DNA from: Nitrospinales bacterium
GTDB lineage: Bacteria > Nitrospinota > Nitrospinia > Nitrospinales > VA-1
DNA: 64,000 nt
Assembly (NCBI GenBank): GCA_965223345.1
Contig: CBDCWG010000012.1
Coordinates: 2,784,001 to 2,848,000, forward strand
Direction of reading: 5' to 3'
Under the pieces are notes generated by a model. The model saw nothing but the letters and a program-made list of their open reading frames with translations. It made no database searches and was not told the DNA's origin. A program made the position numbers and the translations under genes. Shown piece by piece: positions 50,656 through 60,523 of this stretch. Each line of letters opens with the position of its first letter. Position 1 is the stretch's first letter.

Positions 50656-51654
50656 ATGACGCGAGTGCGAGGCAAATCCCGGCGAGTTGCAACCCTGCTC
50701 GCGGTCTGCGTTTGCTTCGGGATGTGGATTTTTTCCACCAGCGTTGCGGCGCAGGAAGCGGCCTCCCCGATTGCGCTGGAAACCGCGCTGGACCGCTACC
50801 AAGCGACGCTCGGCGATGTGGTCACCTATTCGGTGATCGTCCGGCACGAGCCGTCGATCGAGCCTGCGGCTCCCGAGTTTCCCACCCTCGAGGGCCTGGA
50901 AAACCTGGAGACGGGCGAACGCGTTTCCGAAGCGGACGACAGCCCGCGCAAGAAAACCGAATTCTGGATTCAATACCGGGTGGATGCGATCGGGAAGATC
51001 CTGTTCCCGCAGATCGAGGTGCCGTTCACCGTGCGGCAGAATGGTTCCGAAACTTCCGGCAAGGCGATGACCTCTCAGGTGGAGCTGGACGTCCAGTCCA
51101 TTCTGCGCCTGCAGGGCGAACCGACGGACATCCGCGACATCAAGCCCGTGATCACTACAGGCCGGGACTGGCTGGCCATCGTGGTCCCGTTGCTGGTCGG
51201 CGCTCTACTGCTGGCATTTGTGTATTACGTCTGGCGGCGTTCCATTGAACGGCGCATCGCTTCGGCAAAGGCGGACTCTGTGCGTTTGCCCGCGCACGAA
51301 CAGGCGCTCAAGGATTTGCAGGCCCTCCGGTCGAAGGGGCTGCTGGAAGCGGGCCGGGTGCGCGAGCACCATTTCGCGCTGTCGGAAATTTTCCGCCGCT
51401 ATCTTGAAGAACGGTTCGAGTTTCCCGCGCTGGACTGGACGACCGAGGAGATCGTGGCCTTCATGCGGCGCGCCGCATTCGTGGAAACGCCGGTTCAGGA
51501 AGCCATCGATGCGGTGCTGCGCAAAACCGACCGGGTGAAATTCGCGCGTTCCCTGCAGGCGGTTCCCGGCGACGTGCTGGAGGACTGCATCCGGCTGGTG
51601 CGCGCCACCGCACCCAGGATGCAACCCGCCGCCACACGAGAGGCAACGCCATGA
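50656..51654 (+). CDS. BatD/DUF4381-like membrane protein of the MoxR-Bat operon
   Basis: Signal peptide, beta-rich domain, DIRDIKP, TM, LSEIFRRYLEERF..A..WTTEE, TDRVKFAR. Confidence 0.75.
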   Translation: MTRVRGKSRRVATLLAVCVCFGMWIFSTSVAAQEAASPIALETALDRYQATLGDVVTYSVIVRHEPSIEPAAPEFPTLEGLENLETGERVSEADDSPRKKTEFWIQYRVDAIGKILFPQIEVPFTVRQNGSETSGKAMTSQVELDVQSILRLQGEPTDIRDIKPVITTGRDWLAIVVPLLVGALLLAFVYYVWRRSIERRIASAKADSVRLPAHEQALKDLQALRSKGLLEAGRVREHHFALSEIFRRYLEERFEFPALDWTTEEIVAFMRRAAFVETPVQEAIDAVLRKTDRVKFARSLQAVPGDVLEDCIRLVRATAPRMQPAATREATP

Positions 51655-52649
51655 GCTTTTTCCGCTTCGAGGATCCCTGGGTTCTGCTGCTGATCCTGCT
51701 GCTGCCGTTTTGTGTCCTGCTGCTGCGCGGCCGCAAGAAAGCGGTGTTTCATTATTCCTCCATCGCAAGGCTGAAATCGATCCTTCCCGCCGGCACGCAA
51801 CTGCTCGCCTCGGTACCGCTCGTGCTGCGCCTGCTCGCCATCGCGCTGTTGATCGTGGCGCTGGCGCGGCCGCAGGAGGGACGCAAGAGCACGGAAATCC
51901 TTTCTGCGGGCGTGGACATCATGCTGGCGATCGACACGTCGGTCAGCATGCAGGCGATGGATTTCATGAAGGACGGCGAACGCATCGACCGGCTGCAGGT
52001 GGTGAAGGACGTGGTCGCGGAATTCATCGCCAACCGCCCGTATGACCGTTTGGGCATGGTGGTGTTCGGCGAGGAGGCGTTCACGCAATGCCCGCTGACG
52101 CTGGATCACGACATCCTGCTGGCGTTTTTGCGCGATATGAAGATCGGCCAGGCGGGCAATGCCACGGCGATCGGCTCGGCGATCGGGATTTCGGTCAAGC
52201 GGCTCAAGGATCTGCAAGCGAAAAGCCGGGTGATCATCCTGCTCACCGACGGGCGCAACACCGCCGGCAACATCACGCCCGCCCAGGCGGCGTCGATCGC
52301 GAAACAGTTCGGCGTCAAGATCCACACGATCGGGGTCGGCACCGACGGCAAGGCCCCGTTCCTGGTGGATTCGCTGTTCGGCAAGCGCTACGTGTATCAG
52401 GATGTGGAGATGGACGAAAAAACGCTCAAGGACATCGCGGACATGACGGGCGGGCAGTATTTCCGGGCGACCGACCTCGACACGCTGAAGAAGGTGTACC
52501 AGCAGATCGACCAGCTGGAAACCTCCGAAGTGAAAACGCTGGATCATTCCGAGTACAAGGAGCTGTTCCCGTATTTCCTCGTCACCGGGCTGTCCTTCTT
52601 CCTGCTCGAGATCCTGTTGACCAACACCCGTTTGAGGCGCGTCCCGTGA
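51651..52649 (+). CDS. batA: BatA-like VWA protein
   Basis: FEDPW, ALARPQ, MIDAS DTSVSM, TAIGSAI, ILLTDGRNTAG, TGGQYFRA. Confidence 0.88.
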   Translation: MSFFRFEDPWVLLLILLLPFCVLLLRGRKKAVFHYSSIARLKSILPAGTQLLASVPLVLRLLAIALLIVALARPQEGRKSTEILSAGVDIMLAIDTSVSMQAMDFMKDGERIDRLQVVKDVVAEFIANRPYDRLGMVVFGEEAFTQCPLTLDHDILLAFLRDMKIGQAGNATAIGSAIGISVKRLKDLQAKSRVIILLTDGRNTAGNITPAQAASIAKQFGVKIHTIGVGTDGKAPFLVDSLFGKRYVYQDVEMDEKTLKDIADMTGGQYFRATDLDTLKKVYQQIDQLETSEVKTLDHSEYKELFPYFLVTGLSFFLLEILLTNTRLRRVP

Positions 52650-53701
52650 GCGCACCGTTCGGCCGGCCGGAATACCTGAACCTGCTCTGGCTGCTGCCTG
52701 TGCTGCTGCTGTTTCTCATCTGGGGAGCGCGGCGCAAGCGGCAGATGGCGGCCCGGTTCTGCGGGGAGGCGCTGCTGCCACGGCTGGTGGGACCGCACTT
52801 TGCCCGCACACAGCGGCGGCGGGTGATCGTCACCGTGCTGGCGGTGCTGTTTTGCGTCCTGGCGCTCACGCAGCCGCGCTGGGGCTACCAGTGGAAGGAG
52901 CAACGGCAGCTGGGGCTGGATCTGGTGGTGGCGCTCGATGTCTCCAACAGCATGCTGGCCGAGGACATCAAGCCCAACCGCCTCGACCGGGCGCGGCGCA
53001 AGATCCTCGACCTGCTCGACATGCTGGAAGGCGACCGCATCGGCCTGGTGGTGTTCGCAGGCGATGCGTTCGTGCAATGCCCGCTGACGCTCGATTACAC
53101 CGCCGCGAAACTGTTTCTCTCGGCGGTGGACACGGACATCCTGTCCATCCAGGGCACCGCGCTGGATAAGGCCATCCGGGTCTCGGTGGAGGCCATGAGC
53201 GGGCAGGCCAAAAAATCCAAGGCGGTGATCCTGATCACCGACGGCGAGGACCATCAGGGCGATCCGGTGCAGGCGGCGCGCTGGGCGGCTGAACAGGGCG
53301 TGCAGATCTACACGATCGGCATCGGCCGCGAACTCGGCGCTCCCATTCCCAGCGGCGAGCCGGGCGGCGGGTTCAAAAAGGATGCGAACGGCGAAGTGAT
53401 CCTGACCAAACTCGACGAGGCCACTTTGCAGGCGATGGCTCTGGAGACCGGAGGCACCTACGTGCGGTCGGTGACGGGGGATCTCGACCTCACCCGGATC
53501 TACAAGGACAGCATTCTGGTGAACCTGGAGAAAAAGCAGCTCAAGTCGCAGCGCCGCAAACAGTGGCACGAGCGGTTTCAATGGATGATTTTTCTCGCCC
53601 TGGTCTGCCTGCTGGCGGACTTCTGGATCGATGAAAAATCGCGTCCTGCGGCGCAAAGGACCGCAACCGTTGCGCCGGGAGAGCCCGATTTGTTAAAATA
53701 A
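52646..53701 (+). CDS. batB: BatB-like VWA protein
   Basis: GTG overlaps the batA stop; QPRWG, DVSNSMLAEDIKPNRL, PLTLDY, LITDGEDH, TKLDEATL. Confidence 0.85.
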   Translation: MSAPFGRPEYLNLLWLLPVLLLFLIWGARRKRQMAARFCGEALLPRLVGPHFARTQRRRVIVTVLAVLFCVLALTQPRWGYQWKEQRQLGLDLVVALDVSNSMLAEDIKPNRLDRARRKILDLLDMLEGDRIGLVVFAGDAFVQCPLTLDYTAAKLFLSAVDTDILSIQGTALDKAIRVSVEAMSGQAKKSKAVILITDGEDHQGDPVQAARWAAEQGVQIYTIGIGRELGAPIPSGEPGGGFKKDANGEVILTKLDEATLQAMALETGGTYVRSVTGDLDLTRIYKDSILVNLEKKQLKSQRRKQWHERFQWMIFLALVCLLADFWIDEKSRPAAQRTATVAPGEPDLLK

Positions 53702-53845
53702 CAGGTCACATTCCCTGTTTTAGCAGGCTTTGACCATTAAAAACAGGGGTCTCCATTTATCATCGAGGCCGCATCCACGGCCTGTAACTACCAATCTTTC
53801 CCGCATTTTGCGGAAATTACCGACTTTTTTGAGGTGAACGGTTCT

Positions 53846-54562
53846 ATGGAAAATATATCGAGAAACATTCCGAGTCACATGAGTCAGGATGCGATCGCCG
53901 CGGAACAGCAGCGATTCATGGTGCGGGTCTACAACTGGATGACGGCGGGCCTCGCCGTGACCGGGTTTCTGGCCTATTTCGTGGCGCACAACGACACGGC
54001 GCTCGGGATCATCACCGCCAACCCGATGATTCCCATCGTGCTGATGATCGCGCAGATCGGACTGGTGTTTTACCTGTCCTTCCGGGTGCAGAAGATGTCG
54101 GCCAGCCAGGCCACCGGCGTGTTCATTCTGTACGCCGGCCTGACGGGAATCACGTTCTCGTTTATTTTCCTGGCCTACACGATGGCGTCCATCACCTCCA
54201 CCTTTCTGGTGACGGCCGGGACGTTCGGGGCCATGAGTTTTTACGGCTACACGACCAAGCGGGACCTGACCTCGATGGGCAGCTTCCTGTTCATGGGCCT
54301 GATCGGCATCATCATCGCATCGATCGTCAACATCTTCATGAAGAACGAGATGATGTACTGGGTCATCACCTACGCGGGCGTGCTGATCTTCGTCGGCCTG
54401 ACCGCCTACGACACGCAGAAGATCAAGAACATGAACGTGCTGGGCAACGAAGGCACAGAGGAAGACACCAAAGAAGCGGTGATCGGCGCGCTGACGCTGT
54501 ACCTGGACTTTATCAACCTGTTCCTGATGCTGCTGCGCATCATGGGCAACCCGCGCGAATGA
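53846..54562 (+). CDS. Bax inhibitor-1/YccA family membrane protein
   Basis: FMVRVYNWM..GL, YGYTTKRDLTSMGSFLFMGLIGIII, GLTAYDTQKIK, ALTLYLDFINLF. Confidence 0.92.
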   Translation: MENISRNIPSHMSQDAIAAEQQRFMVRVYNWMTAGLAVTGFLAYFVAHNDTALGIITANPMIPIVLMIAQIGLVFYLSFRVQKMSASQATGVFILYAGLTGITFSFIFLAYTMASITSTFLVTAGTFGAMSFYGYTTKRDLTSMGSFLFMGLIGIIIASIVNIFMKNEMMYWVITYAGVLIFVGLTAYDTQKIKNMNVLGNEGTEEDTKEAVIGALTLYLDFINLFLMLLRIMGNPRE

Positions 54563-54580
54563 TCCTTTAAGCCGCAACGC

Positions 54581-54613
54581 AAAAAGCCCCCGCACCGTGC
54601 GGGGGCTTTTTTT
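54581..54613 (+). terminator. Rho-independent, potentially bidirectional terminator
   Basis: AAAAAGCCCCCGCA-ccg-TGCGGGGGCTTTTTTT. Confidence 0.85.
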
Positions 54614-54821
54614 ATGGCGCAAACAAGCCGAACAGTTTTATGACACGTTTTTTTTACAAGAGCGGCGGTTGACAACATCTGCGGTTTTATCTACAATAAC
54701 GATTGTATTTTCAAGGGTGTCCGGCTCATTCCCGTTTCTCTCTCCCCGCCGGGCGCGTGCATCGAACCTGCCTTTCCGTATCCGTCCGTTGCTCCTATCC
54801 AACCCACTCGGCACATTCAAA

Positions 54822-56123
54822 ATGAAAACCGTTCTCGCGTTCACTCTGTGCATATTACTGACCTCTTCCGCGCATGCGCTGCAGGATGAGGTCGTTTTCA
54901 AACAGGCCATCCAGTACACCGTCAAAATCGACACGCGCGTGCGGATTCCGTTCGACGGCGAAAAGAAGGGCTCCTCGACGGGAGCCGGGTTCCTGGTGGA
55001 CAAGGCGCGCGGCTGGGTGATGACGAACGCGCACGTGGTGTCGCGCTCGCCGTCGTATCTGTCGGCGGCGTTTCACAACCAGTCCTCGCATCCGGCCGAA
55101 AAGGTGTATGTGGACCCCTATCTGGATCTGGCCATCATCCGCATCGCGCCGGCGCTGATTCCCAAACAGGCGAAGGCGGCGCCGCTGCTGTGCGAATCGA
55201 TGCCGGAGGTCGGCCACTCCATCGGCGCGTTCGGGCACCCCTGGAAATTCTCGTTCACCGGAACGCGCGGCATCATCTCCGGCGTCACCTCGCGGCTCGG
55301 CGGCGAACTGCTGCAGACGGACGCGCCCATCAATCCGGGAAACTCGGGCGGGCCCCTGATCAGCACGCGCAGCGGCAAGGTCGTCGGCATGAACACCGCG
55401 ACGCTGAACCGCGATGAAAACCAGAACACCAACTTCGCCGAACCCATGAAGTATCTGTGCCGGGTTCTCGAGCTTTTGCGGGAAGGGCGCGACCCGTCGC
55501 CGCCGGACCTCACCGTCCTGTTCGAAGAGAACACCGAAGACAGCCATCAACTGGTGGTGGCCCGATCGTACCTGAAACCCGATCTCATCCCGCTCGAGGA
55601 AGGCGACGTGATCCTGCGCACCCTGCCCGACAACCAGATCGTCGAGAACGAAGGGCAATGGGTGCACTCGCTGCGCGGCCGGCTGGACAACTTCGAACTG
55701 GAAATCCTGCGCCGGGGCAAAAAAAGAATCCTCACCGGCACGCTGCCGCCCGCACCGCGCGTCACCGCAAGAAAGGGCGTCTACTTTTCCGGCGTCCTGC
55801 TGGCTCCGGTGCCCTTTCGCGACCGGGCGGAGATGGTGTACACCCTGAAGGTCGATTATGTGGAGCCGGGATCGCTCGGCGAGAGCAAGCGCATCGGCCC
55901 CTGGGACCGGCTCATCATGGTGAACGGTCAATCGGTGCGCACGCTGGAGGAGCTGCACCGCCAGCTGCAAAAGGTCCGCAATGAAAAGCGGCCGGTGACC
56001 GTGAAAATGCGCCACATCAGCAGCCGCAAAGACCGCATCTTCAGCTACAAGAACGTGACCCTGGCGGTGGAGGATCTCAAGTTCATCGGCGCGGAGACAC
56101 CCGCCGAAGACCCCAATTCCTGA
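54822..56123 (+). CDS. Secreted trypsin-like (S1C/HtrA-like) serine protease with PDZ-like domains
   Basis: Signal peptide; TNAHVV, DLAII, QTDAPINPGNSGGPL; start ATG54822. Confidence 0.88.
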   Translation: MKTVLAFTLCILLTSSAHALQDEVVFKQAIQYTVKIDTRVRIPFDGEKKGSSTGAGFLVDKARGWVMTNAHVVSRSPSYLSAAFHNQSSHPAEKVYVDPYLDLAIIRIAPALIPKQAKAAPLLCESMPEVGHSIGAFGHPWKFSFTGTRGIISGVTSRLGGELLQTDAPINPGNSGGPLISTRSGKVVGMNTATLNRDENQNTNFAEPMKYLCRVLELLREGRDPSPPDLTVLFEENTEDSHQLVVARSYLKPDLIPLEEGDVILRTLPDNQIVENEGQWVHSLRGRLDNFELEILRRGKKRILTGTLPPAPRVTARKGVYFSGVLLAPVPFRDRAEMVYTLKVDYVEPGSLGESKRIGPWDRLIMVNGQSVRTLEELHRQLQKVRNEKRPVTVKMRHISSRKDRIFSYKNVTLAVEDLKFIGAETPAEDPNS

Positions 56124-56524
56124 AATCACCCGCCCTCACCTGCCCCTGAATTTTCCGCAGCAGGATATCTGTGCGCCGGATTTTGCTCCAATCCGCGTTC
56201 CACCCTCCTATATTTACACTTCAGTTAAAATCTTAACCCATCGGCTGCAAGTTTCTTTCAAAGCCTCCGCATACAACCGTCTTCGCCCGCGCGGGCCGCA
56301 GCCCGCCGTGTCGGACGAAATCACTAATATCATATTATTTAATGGGTTATAGCTAAGGGTTTTGTTTTTATTTCCCGTACGGACTTTTTTTGGGTTTTGT
56401 GATTTGCCTCACGGTTTGATGCGCATTGCGCTATTGATCTTCTGATTTTTCCTTGATAAGTTTTTTTTATCGTTTTTACCGTCCCGAAACACACAATCAC
56501 TATCCTTGAAAAGGAGAAATCCTC

Positions 56525-56782
56525 ATGAAGAAATTCACAGCGTTCACTGTCTGCACCCTGTTTGTCCTTTCCCTGGCCATTCCGTTCTCGGCTTTTGCCG
56601 GCGATCCGATGGCCAAGACCAAAACCTCCGCATCGGCCAAAAAAATGGACGACGCCGCGGATAAAGGGAAAACGCGCGGCTCCGCAAGCACCAAGAAAAC
56701 GGCTTCGTCCTCGGATGACAGCAAGGAAGACGCCAAAAAGAAAGACAAGTCCGGTAAAACTCCTCAGAAAAAGAGCAAGTGA
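56525..56782 (+). CDS. Small secreted Lys/Ser/Asp-rich low-complexity protein
   Basis: SD aaggag; signal peptide ending SAFA; disordered basic mature part. Confidence 0.7.
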   Translation: MKKFTAFTVCTLFVLSLAIPFSAFAGDPMAKTKTSASAKKMDDAADKGKTRGSASTKKTASSSDDSKEDAKKKDKSGKTPQKKSK

Positions 56783-56898
56783 GCTTTTTTTGAGTTTTGA
56801 ATAGCAGCAACGGATTCACCTGGATGAAAGCGCTGGGACAGACCGGAAATAGTGTGCGTTTCCGACCGGTCCCGGCGCCTGCAGGGGCGGAAAAACCG

Positions 56899-56931
56899 GG
56901 GTTTGCGGTCGCTCAACCGCAAACCCTTTTT
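56899..56931 (+). terminator. Rho-independent terminator
   Basis: GGGTTTGCGGT-cgctca-ACCGCAAACCC followed by TTTTT. Confidence 0.75.
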
Positions 56932-57076
56932 CTTTATTCAGCGACGCCCCTTCGGGGTTTTTCCCGACCCAAAAATTCGGTATCATTGATTGAATGCACG
57001 CACTTCCGGCCCGGTGCAGGCCGCTGCTCCCGGAAGTGCCCGTCCCCATCGCGACCGCTGTAACGGAAAGGCTTCC

Positions 57077-57913
57077 TTGCTGCAATCACGCTTGCTTCCA
57101 GTCCTGGTATTTCTGTCGCTGAGCGCTCCTGTCACCGGAAACGCCGGCGGGGTTTCGTTCGACTCGTCGCAGAACCACCTGCGGGAAGGGGTGCAGGAAT
57201 ACAGCAACAGCGCTTTCGACAAGGCGGAGCGCAAATTCCTGGAAGCGCTGGAGAGCCGGCCCGGCGACCCGCAAATCGCCTACAACCTGGGCAACAGCTA
57301 CTACAAACAGGGAAAATATAAAGAAGCCCTGCAGGAGTACGTGCAGGCGGCCGCCGGCGATTCCGGCCGCGTCCTGAAACAGAAATCGATTTACAACACG
57401 GGAAACGCGCTGTTCCGGCTCGGCAAGCTGGAAGAGGCCGCCACCGCCTACAAGAAGGCGCTGGAACTCGATCCCAGCGACATGGACTCCAAATACAACC
57501 TGGAATTCGTGCGCGAGCAGATGCGGAAAAACCCCGATTCCGGCAATTCCAAAAATCCGGACGACCCGTCCGGCAAGGGAGACAATCCGGACGATCGATC
57601 CGACAACGAAGGATCGGATGACAGCCCCAACCCCGGCTCCGATCCAGCAGATTCGCAAACGCCGCCGGATCCATCGCAATCCGGTGAGCAGGAGCCGGTG
57701 CAGCAGGCGCAGAATCCACCGCCTGCCCCGCCGCAATCCACGCAACCCCAGGGCGCGCAGCAGCAGGCGTCCGCAACCGGGCAGAACGGGGAATTGACGG
57801 AAGAACAGGCGGAGCGGTGGCTCAGTTCACTGAATGAAGACCTCAAACGCTTTCAAAAAAGAAAATCCCAGCAACGGTCGGGCGGTTCGATGCAACCGGA
57901 AAAGGACTGGTGA
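57077..57913 (+). CDS. batC: BatC-like TPR protein
   Basis: YNLGNSYYKQG.Y.EA, YNTGNALFRLG, KKALELDP...KYNLE, D/Q/P-rich linker, EQAERWL, EKDW; start uncertain (TTG57077 after ggaaagg). Confidence 0.8.
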   Translation: MLQSRLLPVLVFLSLSAPVTGNAGGVSFDSSQNHLREGVQEYSNSAFDKAERKFLEALESRPGDPQIAYNLGNSYYKQGKYKEALQEYVQAAAGDSGRVLKQKSIYNTGNALFRLGKLEEAATAYKKALELDPSDMDSKYNLEFVREQMRKNPDSGNSKNPDDPSGKGDNPDDRSDNEGSDDSPNPGSDPADSQTPPDPSQSGEQEPVQQAQNPPPAPPQSTQPQGAQQQASATGQNGELTEEQAERWLSSLNEDLKRFQKRKSQQRSGGSMQPEKDW

Positions 57914-57929
57914 GCCGGTGCGCGCGCAT

Positions 57930-59744
57930 ATGCTGACAGCGACCCTGCGGCTGGGCCTGTGCGCCATTTTGGCCGCTGTGCTGGCATTGTCCGGCGTCGC
58001 TTCCGTTTCCGCGAAAGCCGATGCGGTCAAACTGACGGCGACGGTGGACAAGAGCGAACTGACGCTCGAGGACACGCTGCAACTTTCGCTCACGGTCGAG
58101 GGCGTGCAGAACGCGCCGCCGCCGAAATTGCCCGATCTGCCGAATTTCCGCATCCGCTCGCGCGGCACCGCGTCTTCGACCCGCATCATCAACGGCGAGA
58201 CGCGCGTTTCCTTCACCTACAATTTTCTGCTGGCGCCCGCGAAAGCCGGTGCGTTCGAGATCGGCCCTTCGAGCGTCGAGGTCGAGGGCAAGACCTACCG
58301 CTCGGAACCGATCCGCGTGATCGTCAGCAAAACGCCGCGCAACCCGTCTGCGGCGAGCACGCTGGCGTACGTGGAAACCTCCGTGTCCAATAAAAATCCA
58401 TACGTCAACGAGCAGATCGAATACACCTTCCGCCTGTTCCGCAAGGTGGATGCGAAAAATCTGGATCTCAAGCTCACCTACGACGACAGCCAGTTCCGCA
58501 AGGAGGACATGGGCGACGCCAGGATCTACATGCGCGTGCTGAACGGCGTGCGCCACCACGTGCACGAGCTGTCGGTGGCGCTGTTCCCCATTCATCCGGG
58601 CAAGATGACGATTCCCGGCGCCGAGATCGAACTGGATCTGGTGAACCGCAGCGGGCGCGCCTCGCGCCAGGACCCGTTTTCGCTGTTCTTTGACGATCCG
58701 TTCAACCGCTCGCGCGGTCAGGCGATCCACAAGATCCTGCGTTCGGACCCGATTCAGCTGAACGTGAAGCCGCTGCCGAAAAAGGGCCGGCCGGCGGATT
58801 TTACCGGCCTGGTGGGGCAGTTCGAGATCGACGCGTCCCTGAGTGCGACCGAACTGGAGGTGGGAGACAGCACGACCTGGACGGTGACGGTGAAAGGGCC
58901 CGCGAGCGTGAAGAATTTTTCCCTGCCCGCCCCCGATCTCGGCGACGCCTTCAAGGTGTATCCAGACCAGCCCAAAACCAAGACGGGCATGCTGGGGGAG
59001 AAGCTGGCCGGGGAAAAGATCTTCAAGTTCGCGCTGGTGCCGCTGAAGGAAGGCCCGGTCAGCCTGCCGCCGGCGGCGCTGTCCTGGTTCGACCCGAAAA
59101 AGAAACGCTACCGCACCGCCCGCACGATGCCGGTCTCGTTCACGGTGTCGCCTTCTTCCGGGGACGACACGCTCAAGGTCACGCAGCCGGAACTGCCGCA
59201 AAGCGGCAACGAGAAAAAAGAGGTGGCGATCCTCGGTGAGGACCTGTTTCCGATTCACACCCGGGACGGGGATTTTGCCGATCAACGGTTCACGCGCCCG
59301 CAACAGGCGCTGTACGCCGCCGGATTCGTCTTTCCGGTGCTGGCGTTTTTCGTGCTTTCCGGCTTCATCAGCCGCAGCCAGCGGCTCAAGCACGACGTCG
59401 CGTATTCCCGCAGGCAGAACGCTTTCAAGACCGCAGCGTCGCACCTCAAACAACTGAGCACCCGGTCGCCGCGGCCGGAGCCCAAGGAATTCGCCAGGGA
59501 GCTGTCGCAGATCGTGCGCGATTACCTGGGCGACCGGCTCAACCTGCACGGACAGGCGATCACCTCCCGGGAAGTGGACGTGAAGCTTGCGGGAATGGGG
59601 TTCAACGAAACGCAGACGGAAGCGACGAAGCGGCTGCTGGAAAGACTGGAATCGCTGCAGTACGCCCCGGCGGTCTCGGGTGGATACCAGGATCTGCTGC
59701 GGCAGTCCTGGGAGCTGATCCAGCAGCTGGAGAAACCCGAATGA
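57930..59744 (+). CDS. batD: BatD-like protein
   Basis: Signal peptide; LTATVDK, RIING, PYVNEQ, VKPLP..GRPADFTGLVGQF, FKVYPD, SWFDP, C-terminal TM. Confidence 0.85.
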   Translation: MLTATLRLGLCAILAAVLALSGVASVSAKADAVKLTATVDKSELTLEDTLQLSLTVEGVQNAPPPKLPDLPNFRIRSRGTASSTRIINGETRVSFTYNFLLAPAKAGAFEIGPSSVEVEGKTYRSEPIRVIVSKTPRNPSAASTLAYVETSVSNKNPYVNEQIEYTFRLFRKVDAKNLDLKLTYDDSQFRKEDMGDARIYMRVLNGVRHHVHELSVALFPIHPGKMTIPGAEIELDLVNRSGRASRQDPFSLFFDDPFNRSRGQAIHKILRSDPIQLNVKPLPKKGRPADFTGLVGQFEIDASLSATELEVGDSTTWTVTVKGPASVKNFSLPAPDLGDAFKVYPDQPKTKTGMLGEKLAGEKIFKFALVPLKEGPVSLPPAALSWFDPKKKRYRTARTMPVSFTVSPSSGDDTLKVTQPELPQSGNEKKEVAILGEDLFPIHTRDGDFADQRFTRPQQALYAAGFVFPVLAFFVLSGFISRSQRLKHDVAYSRRQNAFKTAASHLKQLSTRSPRPEPKEFARELSQIVRDYLGDRLNLHGQAITSREVDVKLAGMGFNETQTEATKRLLERLESLQYAPAVSGGYQDLLRQSWELIQQLEKPE

Positions 59745-60493
59745 ACCAAAGGATCCGGGCCGGTTTTTTCTGGACGCTGGCTGTGTTTTTCGCGGCCTCG
59801 GCGCATGCGCAGGACCTTCAGCAGGACACCGTCCTGAAAGCCAACCAGCTGTATCTGCAACAGGATTACGCCAAATCGGCGCATCTGTATGAAGCCCTGA
59901 TCGCTGAAGGCGTGCGCAACGGTTACCTGTATTACAACCTGGGCAACGCCTATTCCCGGCTCGGCAAACTCGGGCCCGCCATCCTCAACTTTATCAAGGC
60001 GAAAGAACTGCTGCCCCGCGACCCGTCGCTGGACGCCAACCTGAAATACGCGCTGCGCCAGACCACCGACCCGGTCGTGCCCCCTGCACCAGGTTTGTTG
60101 AAAACGGTGTTTTTCTGGGCGGACAGCTTCACGCTGAAGGAACACCTTCATATCGTCCTCGCCGTCAACGTGCTGTTCTGGGCGCTGCTGCTCGGCTGGT
60201 TCCGCTACCGCTCAGAAGCCTGGGACTGGGCCCGCAAAACCGCGCTGATCGCCCTACTGATCGTCCTCTGTGCGGCGGCCGTCCGCATCTACCAGAGCCC
60301 CTACGCCGATTCCGGCGTCGTGCTGGCGGAGCGCATCGACGTCAAGTCCGCCTCCGGAAAAGAGAATGTGACCTTGTTTCAGCTGCACGAGGGAGCGATA
60401 ATAACCTTATCCGAAGAAAAAAACGGATGGGTGCGCATCGCTCTGACTCCCGACAAAACGGGCTGGGTGCCCAGGGAGTCCATCGGCACCTGA
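59741..60493 (+). CDS. batE: BatE-like TPR + SH3 protein
   Basis: ANQLY..QDY, YYNLGNAY.RLG.LG.AILNF, two TM segments, LFQLHEG...GWVRI...GWVP. Confidence 0.85.
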   Translation: MNQRIRAGFFWTLAVFFAASAHAQDLQQDTVLKANQLYLQQDYAKSAHLYEALIAEGVRNGYLYYNLGNAYSRLGKLGPAILNFIKAKELLPRDPSLDANLKYALRQTTDPVVPPAPGLLKTVFFWADSFTLKEHLHIVLAVNVLFWALLLGWFRYRSEAWDWARKTALIALLIVLCAAAVRIYQSPYADSGVVLAERIDVKSASGKENVTLFQLHEGAIITLSEEKNGWVRIALTPDKTGWVPRESIGT

Positions 60494-60523
60494 ACGGTCT
60501 CCCTCTTTTACGGAGAACTCACC

